Assembly (NCBI GenBank): GCA_947508145.1 | Contig: CANNRV010000001.1 | Location: 1 to 44,442 of the forward strand | Length of the DNA: 44,442 nt | Direction: 5' to 3' | From: Comamonadaceae bacterium | GTDB lineage: Bacteria; Pseudomonadota; Gammaproteobacteria; Burkholderiales; Burkholderiaceae_C | Shown: positions 1 to 7,406 of the stretch, one piece after another | Numbering within the stretch: the stretch's first letter is position 1 | Layout of the letters: each line of letters begins with the position of its first letter | The notes under the pieces: generated by a model | The model's database searches: none | Seen by the model: the letters and a program-made list of their open reading frames with translations, nothing else | What the model was told of the DNA's origin: nothing | Made by a program: the position numbers and the translations under genes

Positions 1-609
1 AGGCGGCGCATCTGGCACGTCGCCGTGGTGAGCAAACTCCATCTCACCTTCAGCGCTGCAAAAACGGATGCGGGTTAAACCGTTAACGATCACGCGTAAG
101 CGGTCGTAACCGCTCAGACTGTCGTGCCAGCGAGTGGGTTGGTTGCCATACATATGTTGCATGAACTCAGGCCAAGCAGGGCTTTGCAATGCGGTTTCCA
201 CTTCAGCGGCCAGCGCCATGGTTTGATCAACGCTCCATTGCGGTAGCACCCCGGCATGCACCATCAATATGCCTGCTTCAAACATGGCCAGCGACTGGTG
301 GCGTAACCAGTCAATCAATTGCTGGCGATCAGGTGCTTGCAGCACATCGCCCACGGTGTCGCCGGGCTTGGGCTTGGACAGTCCCAGGTGCATGGCCAGC
401 AGGTGCAAATCATGGTTGCCCAGCAGACAACGGGCGCTGTCGCCCAGTTGTTGCAACCTGCGTAGCACGGCGACATTGTCCGGGCCCCGGTTTACCAAGT
501 CGCCAAGTAAGTACAAGGTATCTTTGCCGGGTGAAAATTGAATCTTGTCGAGTAAGTTTTGCAAGGCTTGGTCGCAACCTTGCACATCGCCGATCAGGTA
601 CATTGCCAT
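1..609 (-). CDS. apaH: Symmetrical bis(5'-nucleosyl)-tetraphosphatase (Ap4A hydrolase), 3' end outside the window
   Basis: Not in the ORF track. Manual translation from ATG 609 gives MAMYLIGDVQGCDQAL...LYLLGDLVNRGP...LLGNHDLHLL, i.e. the metallophosphoesterase motifs GDxxG, GDLVNRG and GNHD typical of ApaH. Confidence 0.93.
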   Translation of the reverse strand, partial: MAMYLIGDVQGCDQALQNLLDKIQFSPGKDTLYLLGDLVNRGPDNVAVLRRLQQLGDSARCLLGNHDLHLLAMHLGLSKPKPGDTVGDVLQAPDRQQLIDWLRHQSLAMFEAGILMVHAGVLPQWSVDQTMALAAEVETALQSPAWPEFMQHMYGNQPTRWHDSLSGYDRLRVIVNGLTRIRFCSAEGEMEFAHHGDVPDAPP

Positions 610-661
610 GGCATGATTGTCTTATACCTTTACCTCTTTTAACTAGGCCTGCGGCTGATTC

Positions 662-1999
662 ATGGATATTGTTTTAATTGTTTTTCTGACGCTGTTGAAC
701 GGCATGTTCGCCATGTCAGAAATGGCTCAAGCCTCCAGTCGCAAGGCCTTGCTCACTGCGCAAGCGCAAGAGGGCGTACCTGGTGCACAGGCGGCGCTGG
801 ATTTGCAACTCAGGCCCACCGAGTTTTTGTCCACCATCCAAATCGGCATCACCACGCTGGGGGTGTTGAACGGCATCATTGGCGAAGCCGCTTTTAGCCA
901 GGGGGTGGCGCATTGGTTTGTTGGTATCGGTATGACCGGGGTATTGGCCTCTGTGCTGGCCACCACTTTGGTGGTGACCTTGATCACGCTCAACACCATT
1001 TTGTTTGGTGAGTTGGTACCCAAGCGTATCGGCCAGATTTACCCCGAGACCACTGCGCGTTTAACCGCTCCTGTGATGTTGTTGTTGTCAAAGTTGGCCA
1101 GACCATTGGTGCATGCTTTGTCAGCCAGCACGGCAGCGGTGTTGCGAATGATTGGTATTGATTTGGACAAAGTGCGTCTGGTTACCGAAGAGGAAATCAC
1201 AGCCAGTCTGGTGGAAGGAGTGGATGCGGGTTTGATTGAACTGCACGAGCACCAAATGGTGAAGAATGTGTTTCATCTGGATGAGCGCAACCTCGCTTCA
1301 TTGATGGTGCCTCGCACGGACATTGTGTGGTTGGACAGCAATTGGACGATTGAGCAAGCGATTGCACACATCAAAACCCAAAGCGCACATTCCTGGTACC
1401 CGTTATGCAGAAGCGGACTGGACGAAGTGATGGGTGTGGTCAGCATGGCGGATCTGCTGACGCATTTTTCGGCCCCGCACCCCTTGGAGACCTGGGTACA
1501 GCCTGCAGCATTCGTCCCTGAAACGCTGTCTGGCTTGGATTTACTGGAGCAATTCCGCCGCCCGCATGACCAGGTTGTCGCTGAACAAGCCAGCGCCAAC
1601 GGACGGATGGTGTTGGTGGTGGATGAGTACGGCGTAGTGCAAGGCTTGATGACACCGCGTGATTTGTTAGAAGCCATCACGGGTGAATTGGTGCAAACCA
1701 CTTCGCCGCAGGAAGCCTGGGCGGTTCAGCGTGAAGACGGAAGTTGGTTGCTAGACGGCATGATGCCTGTTCAAGAACTGAAGTCCCGTCTTGAAGTCAG
1801 TGATTTGCCGCAAGAAGACAAAGGCCTCTACAACACGCTGGCAGGTTTGATCATGGTGTTGACCGGTGAATTGCCGAAAGAGGGTGAAATCGTCAAAGCG
1901 CTTGGCTGGCAGTTTGAGGTGGTGGACATGGACGGCAGGCGCATTGACAAGGTATTGGCCACACGCACGCCTATCGACTCAACGCAGCAGACACATTAG
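662..1999 (+). CDS. HlyC/CorC (CNNM/DUF21 + CBS pair + CorC_HlyC) family transporter
   Basis: N-terminal LNGMFAMSEMA, FLSTIQIGIT and GELVPK motifs with TM helices; MVPRTDI and VVDEYG CBS motifs; C-terminal YNTLAG...VDMDGRRIDKV. Confidence 0.92.
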   Translation: MDIVLIVFLTLLNGMFAMSEMAQASSRKALLTAQAQEGVPGAQAALDLQLRPTEFLSTIQIGITTLGVLNGIIGEAAFSQGVAHWFVGIGMTGVLASVLATTLVVTLITLNTILFGELVPKRIGQIYPETTARLTAPVMLLLSKLARPLVHALSASTAAVLRMIGIDLDKVRLVTEEEITASLVEGVDAGLIELHEHQMVKNVFHLDERNLASLMVPRTDIVWLDSNWTIEQAIAHIKTQSAHSWYPLCRSGLDEVMGVVSMADLLTHFSAPHPLETWVQPAAFVPETLSGLDLLEQFRRPHDQVVAEQASANGRMVLVVDEYGVVQGLMTPRDLLEAITGELVQTTSPQEAWAVQREDGSWLLDGMMPVQELKSRLEVSDLPQEDKGLYNTLAGLIMVLTGELPKEGEIVKALGWQFEVVDMDGRRIDKVLATRTPIDSTQQTH

Positions 2000-2006
2000 C
2001 CTGGTG

Positions 2007-3518
2007 TCAGGGCTTGTCCTGTAAATCATCCAGCAAGTGGTTGATGCCGCTGACAGATTGGCGTATAGCTTGAACCCGGCTGTGAAATGCTTCAGCGCGT
2101 TTGGCTTGCTCGGCTTTGCTGGTATTGGCTTGTGCAGCTGGCGCTGAATGCGCAGTTGTAACTGCATGGCCAGGGCTTGTGTGTCCGGCTTTGGAAGCAG
2201 CTGCCTGTTGCGCAGAACCATAGCTGCCGCCAAGAACAGGCGAGGGACCGGGCCTGAGCGGTTGCTGCGATTCAGGCAGCGCCACCACATGGTCTTGCAC
2301 ATGGGATTTTTCGGCAGAGTCACTGCGGGTGTTGACACCCTCCACAGGAATAGACGCTTCTTCGTTTGACAAAGCCTCTTTGGCTATGCCCGCATCAGCA
2401 TCCGCTTGATAAGGTGCAACAGCCAGTTCAGCAGCCTTGTCTTTCAATGCCTCTTCGTTCAACGCTTGCCGGTTGTCATCCAGTTCGTCGTCAGGCAAGC
2501 CTTGTTGGTTGTTATTCAAAGCTTCATCTTGCAGTGCTTGGGTGTTGTCATCCAGAGCTTGATCTGGCAAAGCTTGGGTGTTGTCTTCCAATGCCTCTGC
2601 GTTCACTGGCACGGTGCGGTCTTTGACCGCTTCCTTGTCCAGCGCTTGCGTGTTGTCTTTCAAGCCATTGTTGGCGACGTTTTGCGGCTTGTCTTGCCTT
2701 GCCTCAACATGGATGGGCTGCAAGTTGTCTGCCAGCTTGTCGTCTTCCAATGCCTGTGTGTTGTCGGTCAAGCCGGTATCGGGCAAGGTTTGTAAATTGT
2801 CAGAGCCAGATTCATCTGGAATGGCTTGCAAGTTGGTGTCCAAGCCTTCGGTTGGGACACCCGCGTTTTGTGTCGCTTGTGACGTGCTTGTAAGCACCGG
2901 GCCTTGCTGTTTGTCTTGTGCGGTTTCGGGGATACCGACGAGGCGGTCTTTGATGGCTTCTTTGGCCATTCCAGCGTCTTTGTTTTGCAGACTACCGGAT
3001 GCTGGTACGCCCGTGTTGTTATTTGAAAGCGCGTCCTGTTGGATAGGCTGTAAATTGTCTTTGAGCGCGTCTTGTTTCTCTTGCGCCAATCTGTCTTTGA
3101 TCTGCCCGCCACTGTCGACAGATTGCAGGTTGTCATTCAGAGCGTCTTGCTTAATTTGCGCCAGTCTGTCTTTGATACCGCCGCTATTTTCTAATTGCGT
3201 AAACCTGTCTTTCTGTTTGCCATCGTCAATCGCTTGGATATTTTCTGACTGCGAATTCGATTCCTGGTGCGTCTGATTGCCCGTCGCATCTGCTTCGTGC
3301 ATTGAAGCGAGACGATCGGGTATATCTGTGGGGGCAAACGCTAACTGGGAGGGTGAGTCAATTTCTAATTCGTGAAAGTTGGAGCTTTTGCGGTGTATTT
3401 CCACTTCCTCGCCGGGCACGACATCGCTGCGTCTGGATTTAGCACTTTTGGAGCCTTCAGGAATTTCAACTGAAAACGCTTTGGTGCTTCGAATGATGGG
3501 TGGGGGTTTGGAAGCCAT
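2007..3518 (-). CDS. Hypothetical acidic tandem-repeat protein (503 aa)
   Basis: Long ORF with a clear 12-aa periodicity and a C-terminal amphipathic helix. No family recognised. Confidence 0.85.
   Translation of the reverse strand: MASKPPPIIRSTKAFSVEIPEGSKSAKSRRSDVVPGEEVEIHRKSSNFHELEIDSPSQLAFAPTDIPDRLASMHEADATGNQTHQESNSQSENIQAIDDGKQKDRFTQLENSGGIKDRLAQIKQDALNDNLQSVDSGGQIKDRLAQEKQDALKDNLQPIQQDALSNNNTGVPASGSLQNKDAGMAKEAIKDRLVGIPETAQDKQQGPVLTSTSQATQNAGVPTEGLDTNLQAIPDESGSDNLQTLPDTGLTDNTQALEDDKLADNLQPIHVEARQDKPQNVANNGLKDNTQALDKEAVKDRTVPVNAEALEDNTQALPDQALDDNTQALQDEALNNNQQGLPDDELDDNRQALNEEALKDKAAELAVAPYQADADAGIAKEALSNEEASIPVEGVNTRSDSAEKSHVQDHVVALPESQQPLRPGPSPVLGGSYGSAQQAAASKAGHTSPGHAVTTAHSAPAAQANTSKAEQAKRAEAFHSRVQAIRQSVSGINHLLDDLQDKP
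2265..3323 (-). repeat. About 29 degenerate 36-bp (12-aa, some 13-aa) coding tandem repeats, consensus L-x-D-N-x-Q-x-L-x-x-E/D-A
   Basis: Manual alignment of residues 66-418, e.g. LEDNTQALPDQA / LDDNTQALQDEA / LNNNQQGLPDDE / LDDNRQALNEEA. IKDRLAQxKQDA occurs twice at a 75-bp period. Confidence 0.85.
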
Positions 3519-3577
3519 TGCAGTCGATTATCTCGACTTTTGCACAATTGAATTGCATTCTTAGCAAAGGTTTAACT

Positions 3578-4495
3578 TTATGAAGTTTGTATTAACCGGT
3601 TGGCCAGTTCTACCGCTTGGTCCGCTTGTGAGGCTTTGCCATCGGCACCGTAATTGTGAGCCGTATTGTTTGACAAAATGGTGGCGGGGCCACCCAAAAT
3701 TACCAATGTGGCCGGGTTCAGTGCCTGCTCTTTGAGTCGGGCAATCAGTTGGGGAAGCTCGGCCAACTGTTCAACCAGTCCCACTGACAAGCCGATCATG
3801 TCAAACCATTCCCGTTTCAGCACCTGGGCCAAACTCTGCTCGGTGGGTGAAATATCGATGACCACTTGCCAGCCATTGGCGCGAAAGAACTCCGCCACGA
3901 TGGTGAGACCAAGTATGTGCATGGAGCCAGGCGCGCACGCCAGAAAAATACGTTTGATTTCGCCTACCGATTGCGGCGTTTGCGTGTTCACATAGCCTAG
4001 GCTGCGGGTGATTTGGTGCATGCGCATCATGCCGTGGGTGACCACCGTGAAGTCGATTTTGTCTTCTTCCCATTGGCTACCCAACCAGCGCGCGGCGGGC
4101 GTGATGAGGTCTAAAAAGATGGACTCCAGCGACACGCCTTGGGCAATGATGTCTCTGACGTAGTTCAACGACTCTTCGGGGTCATTGCTCACGCAGATCA
4201 AAGAAAATTTTTCAAGCTCTTCGTCGCTGAATTGTCTAGGGCCTGAGCTGCCTTCTTTCAATGCCGACAAGTTGCCGGGATGGGCATCCATGAGCCGGGG
4301 AATGATTTGCGACTCGATGACCGACAGCAATGATTTATGGCAGTTCTCTTGCGACGATGTATCCAAGCCATCGGTGACTTGAACGCTTTTTTTGCGATTG
4401 CCGCCAGATTCGAATGCGGACAACACCAGGTTTGAAAAACCTTTTAGATTGATGCGGGGTCCTTCAGCAAGCAAACCCTGTAAGGTTTTATCCAT
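3578..4495 (-). CDS. Cobalamin (B12)-binding domain protein, PpaA/AerR-like antirepressor/sensor
   Basis: IESQIIPRL, LDLITPAARWLGSQWEEDKIDFTVVTHG (helical cap), PGSMHILG (His ligand motif), EFFRANGWQV, DMIGLSVG and VILGG (Rossmann B12 domain). No DNA-binding domain. Confidence 0.8.
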   Translation of the reverse strand: MDKTLQGLLAEGPRINLKGFSNLVLSAFESGGNRKKSVQVTDGLDTSSQENCHKSLLSVIESQIIPRLMDAHPGNLSALKEGSSGPRQFSDEELEKFSLICVSNDPEESLNYVRDIIAQGVSLESIFLDLITPAARWLGSQWEEDKIDFTVVTHGMMRMHQITRSLGYVNTQTPQSVGEIKRIFLACAPGSMHILGLTIVAEFFRANGWQVVIDISPTEQSLAQVLKREWFDMIGLSVGLVEQLAELPQLIARLKEQALNPATLVILGGPATILSNNTAHNYGADGKASQADQAVELANRLIQTS

Positions 4496-4733
4496 GGTGA
4501 TCCCCTCCTGCGGAGATGTACTTCAAAGCAAAAATGCTGATAAATCGACTTGCCATCATTGTGTCAACAATCATGGGGTATCGCTAGTCGCTCAAGGGTA
4601 AGTCCCCAGCAAATACTCCGTTAACTGTTTAGATCCTCAGGGTTTTCCTTGTGTTTAGCGTGATACCACCCGAATTTGAAACCTTAATGAAATACTGAAT
4701 ATGGATATTCATTCTTCAACAGGAGACAAAAAC

Positions 4734-5360
4734 ATGCGAACCATTCCCATAGCGAATATTGCTTCAGAGTTCAGCGATTGCGAGGAAAGTGGCATTGTGC
4801 CCAAACAACACCTGCCCTTGGCCCGCCGGGAATTCTTGAAAGGTTCCGGGATATTAATGGGCACCTTGGCAGCAGGTTCTGTGCTGGCGGGTTTGGCGCC
4901 TTCCACCGTTTGGGCCGTTGAATTAAAAACCCTCACACAGGCCGAAGGTGAAACCTTGATGGCTATGGGTCGTGTTCTGTACCCCCATAAAAAATTACCC
5001 GATGCCGTTTATGCCATTTTGGCCAAAGACCTGGACGGTACAGCTTCAGGCAGCGCCGACAGCGCCAAGTTGCTGAAAGAAGGCGTGGCCAATCTCAATA
5101 GCCTGGCAGGCGGCAATTTCGCCAAGGCCAAAGCAGACAAAAAACTCGCCATCGTCAAAGGCTTGGAAGGCTCGACATTCTTTGGCACTGTTCGCGGCCA
5201 ATGCGTCACCTCTCTCTACAACAACGACATGGCGTTTGCCGCATTCGGCTACCCCGGTTCTGCGTGGGAAAAAGGCGGATACATCACACGCGGTTTCCAA
5301 GACCTTAAGTGGTTACCAGCCCCTTCCAAAGAAGCCAGTCCCGCCCCCTACCTGGGTTGA
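4734..5360 (+). CDS. Tat-exported small subunit (gluconate 2-dehydrogenase subunit 3-like) of a flavoprotein dehydrogenase
   Basis: ARREFLK twin-arginine motif, then a hydrophobic h-region and VWA cleavage site; C-terminal FGYPG...GGY...GF. Start placed at ATG 4734 because of AGGAGA at 4721-4726 (ORF track starts at 4701). Confidence 0.82.
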   Translation: MRTIPIANIASEFSDCEESGIVPKQHLPLARREFLKGSGILMGTLAAGSVLAGLAPSTVWAVELKTLTQAEGETLMAMGRVLYPHKKLPDAVYAILAKDLDGTASGSADSAKLLKEGVANLNSLAGGNFAKAKADKKLAIVKGLEGSTFFGTVRGQCVTSLYNNDMAFAAFGYPGSAWEKGGYITRGFQDLKWLPAPSKEASPAPYLG

Positions 5361-5396
5361 TTCCGTTTAGCAAAACATTTTCAGGAGATACACATC

Positions 5397-6965
5397 ATGG
5401 CTTCTATTGCATTTAACGACGACTCAGTGGTTGTCATCATCGGTTCCGGTGCAGGCGGTGGCACATTGGCCAACGAGCTTTGCCAAAAGGGCATCAAAGT
5501 GGTGGTTCTGGAGGCGGGCGCTCGCCAGTCCCCGCAGTCCTTTGTGAACGACGAATGGAAATCTTTCGGTCAGTTGGCATGGCTTGATCCACGCACCACA
5601 TCCGGCACATGGCGGGTCGCTAAAGACTTCTCTGGTCTGCCAGCTTGGATTTGCAAAACCGTTGGCGGAACCACCACGCACTGGGCTGGCGCTTCCCTGC
5701 GTTTACAAGAACATGAGTTCCGTGCCAAAACGGTGTATGGCGACGTCAAAGGTGCCAATCTGCTGGACTGGCCCATCACTTTGTCCGAGCTTGAGCCCTA
5801 TTACGCCAAAGCCGAAAACAAAATGGGCGTGACACGCACCAACGGCATCCCTGGTTTGCCCGGCAACAACAACTTCAAGGTGCTTTACTCAGGTGCCAAG
5901 AAAATGGGCTACAAAGAAGTGCACACTGGCAATATGGCGATCAACAGCCAGCCGCGCGATGGCCGCGGACGTTGCATGCAATTGGGTTTTTGCTTCCAAG
6001 GTTGCAAAAGCGGTGCGAAATGGTCAACCCTCTACACTGAAATTCCCAAAGCTGAAGCCACCGGCAACCTCGATCTTCGCCCCGAGTCCCACGTGGTGCG
6101 CATCGCGCACAACGAAAAGGGCTTGGTCTCCGGCGTTGTTTACTTCGACAAAGACGGTAAAGAGCAACGCCAAAAAGCCCGCGTGGTGTGTGTCGCCGGT
6201 AACTCGATTGAAACACCCCGTTTGCTGCTGTTGTCTGCATCGAATATGTTCAAAGACGGCTTGGCCAACTCATCTGGTCAAGTCGGTCGCAACTACATGC
6301 GTCACATGACCGGTTCCATTTACGCCGCTTTCAAAGACCCGGTGCATATGTACCGTGGCACCACCATGGCCGGCATCATTCGTGATGAATCTGCATTCAA
6401 CCCGCGCCGTGGTTTTGTGGGCGGCTATGAAATGGAAACCTTGTCACTGGGTTTGGCCTTCATGCCCGCGTTCTTGGATCCGGGTGCCTGGGGCGCTGAC
6501 TACGCCTGGTGGATGGACAACTACACCAACTTGGCAGGCATGTGGCTGGTCGGTGAAGACATGCCGCGCGAAACCAACCGCATCACGCTGAACCAGAATG
6601 TCAAAGACAAATGGGGCAGCCCGGTGGCTAACGTGCATTTCGATGACCACGAAAACGACATCGTCATGCGTAACCATGCGTTCACCCAAGGCGAGCGCAT
6701 TTACCAAGCGGCCGGTGCCATCAAAACCTACCGCACACCGCCTTACCCGTCCACACACAATCTGGGCAGCTGCCGTTTGAGTGCCAACGCGCGTGATGGC
6801 GTGGCCAACAAATGGGGCCAAACCCACGACATTGCCAACCTGTTCATCAGTGACGGCAGCCAGTTCACCACCGGCGGTGCTGAAAACCCGACATTGACCA
6901 TCGTGTCTTTGGCGATTCGTCAGGCCGATTACATCGCCAAACAAATGACCGAACGGGCCATTTGA
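5397..6965 (+). CDS. GMC-family FAD oxidoreductase, large subunit
   Basis: IIGSGAGGG dinucleotide fold, VGGTTTHWAG, C-x5-C-x3-C (CMQLGFCFQGC), ETPRLLL, catalytic HNLGSCR and NPTLT. AGGAG RBS upstream. Confidence 0.93.
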   Translation: MASIAFNDDSVVVIIGSGAGGGTLANELCQKGIKVVVLEAGARQSPQSFVNDEWKSFGQLAWLDPRTTSGTWRVAKDFSGLPAWICKTVGGTTTHWAGASLRLQEHEFRAKTVYGDVKGANLLDWPITLSELEPYYAKAENKMGVTRTNGIPGLPGNNNFKVLYSGAKKMGYKEVHTGNMAINSQPRDGRGRCMQLGFCFQGCKSGAKWSTLYTEIPKAEATGNLDLRPESHVVRIAHNEKGLVSGVVYFDKDGKEQRQKARVVCVAGNSIETPRLLLLSASNMFKDGLANSSGQVGRNYMRHMTGSIYAAFKDPVHMYRGTTMAGIIRDESAFNPRRGFVGGYEMETLSLGLAFMPAFLDPGAWGADYAWWMDNYTNLAGMWLVGEDMPRETNRITLNQNVKDKWGSPVANVHFDDHENDIVMRNHAFTQGERIYQAAGAIKTYRTPPYPSTHNLGSCRLSANARDGVANKWGQTHDIANLFISDGSQFTTGGAENPTLTIVSLAIRQADYIAKQMTERAI

Positions 6966-6997
6966 TACACTGAATTTTCCAGCTCAGGAGCCCATAT

Positions 6998-7396
6998 ATG
7001 TGTGAGTATTTCGTGAAAGCTGACCCGATTCAGTACGAACAGCGTACACGCTCGGTTCGCATTCGCGGCATGCTCACCAGCATCCGGCTGGAAAACATGG
7101 TGTGGGATGTTTTGGCTGAAATGGCAGAAGACGAGGGCTGCACCACCAATGCCCTCATTTGCCAGCTTCACGATGAAATCTTGCAACACCGGGGCGAAGT
7201 TCCCAACTTCGCCTCGTTTTTACGTATCACCAGTTTGCGCTACCTGCGCCGCTGTTTGATCACCATGGAAAAAAAATACCAACCTGTGTTTGAGACAGAC
7301 TTCATGCCTGAAGTTGTCCCCATGGCTTTGAACGGAACACACGACACACCCGCAAGCCGAGGCAACCCTAAAGCGCTGGCTGCTGTCAAAACCTGA
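6998..7396 (+). CDS. Ribbon-helix-helix domain protein (RHH_4-like), putative transcriptional regulator
   Basis: TRSVRIRGMLTSIRLENMVWDVLAEMA...NFASFLR signature. AGGAG RBS upstream. Confidence 0.8.
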   Translation: MCEYFVKADPIQYEQRTRSVRIRGMLTSIRLENMVWDVLAEMAEDEGCTTNALICQLHDEILQHRGEVPNFASFLRITSLRYLRRCLITMEKKYQPVFETDFMPEVVPMALNGTHDTPASRGNPKALAAVKT

Positions 7397-7406
7397 TTAT
7401 TTCCCT

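Noticed and set aside
189-677. + strand ORFs of 162 aa and 90 aa
   Set aside because: They are antisense shadows of apaH, which has clear catalytic motifs on the minus strand.
2578-3276. 232-aa + strand ORF and other ORFs overlapping the repeat gene
   Set aside because: Ser/Leu/Cys-rich antisense read-out of the repeat protein.
2265-3323. 36-bp periodicity as a possible CRISPR array
   Set aside because: The units are degenerate, in-frame and vary at the codon level. There is no invariant repeat with unique spacers and no cas genes.
4496-4733. PpsR (TGT-N12-ACA), FNR or cobalamin-riboswitch elements near the B12 sensor
   Set aside because: Only a near-match TGT-N12-ACC at about 4650-4667. 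I recognised no FNR consensus and no B12-box.
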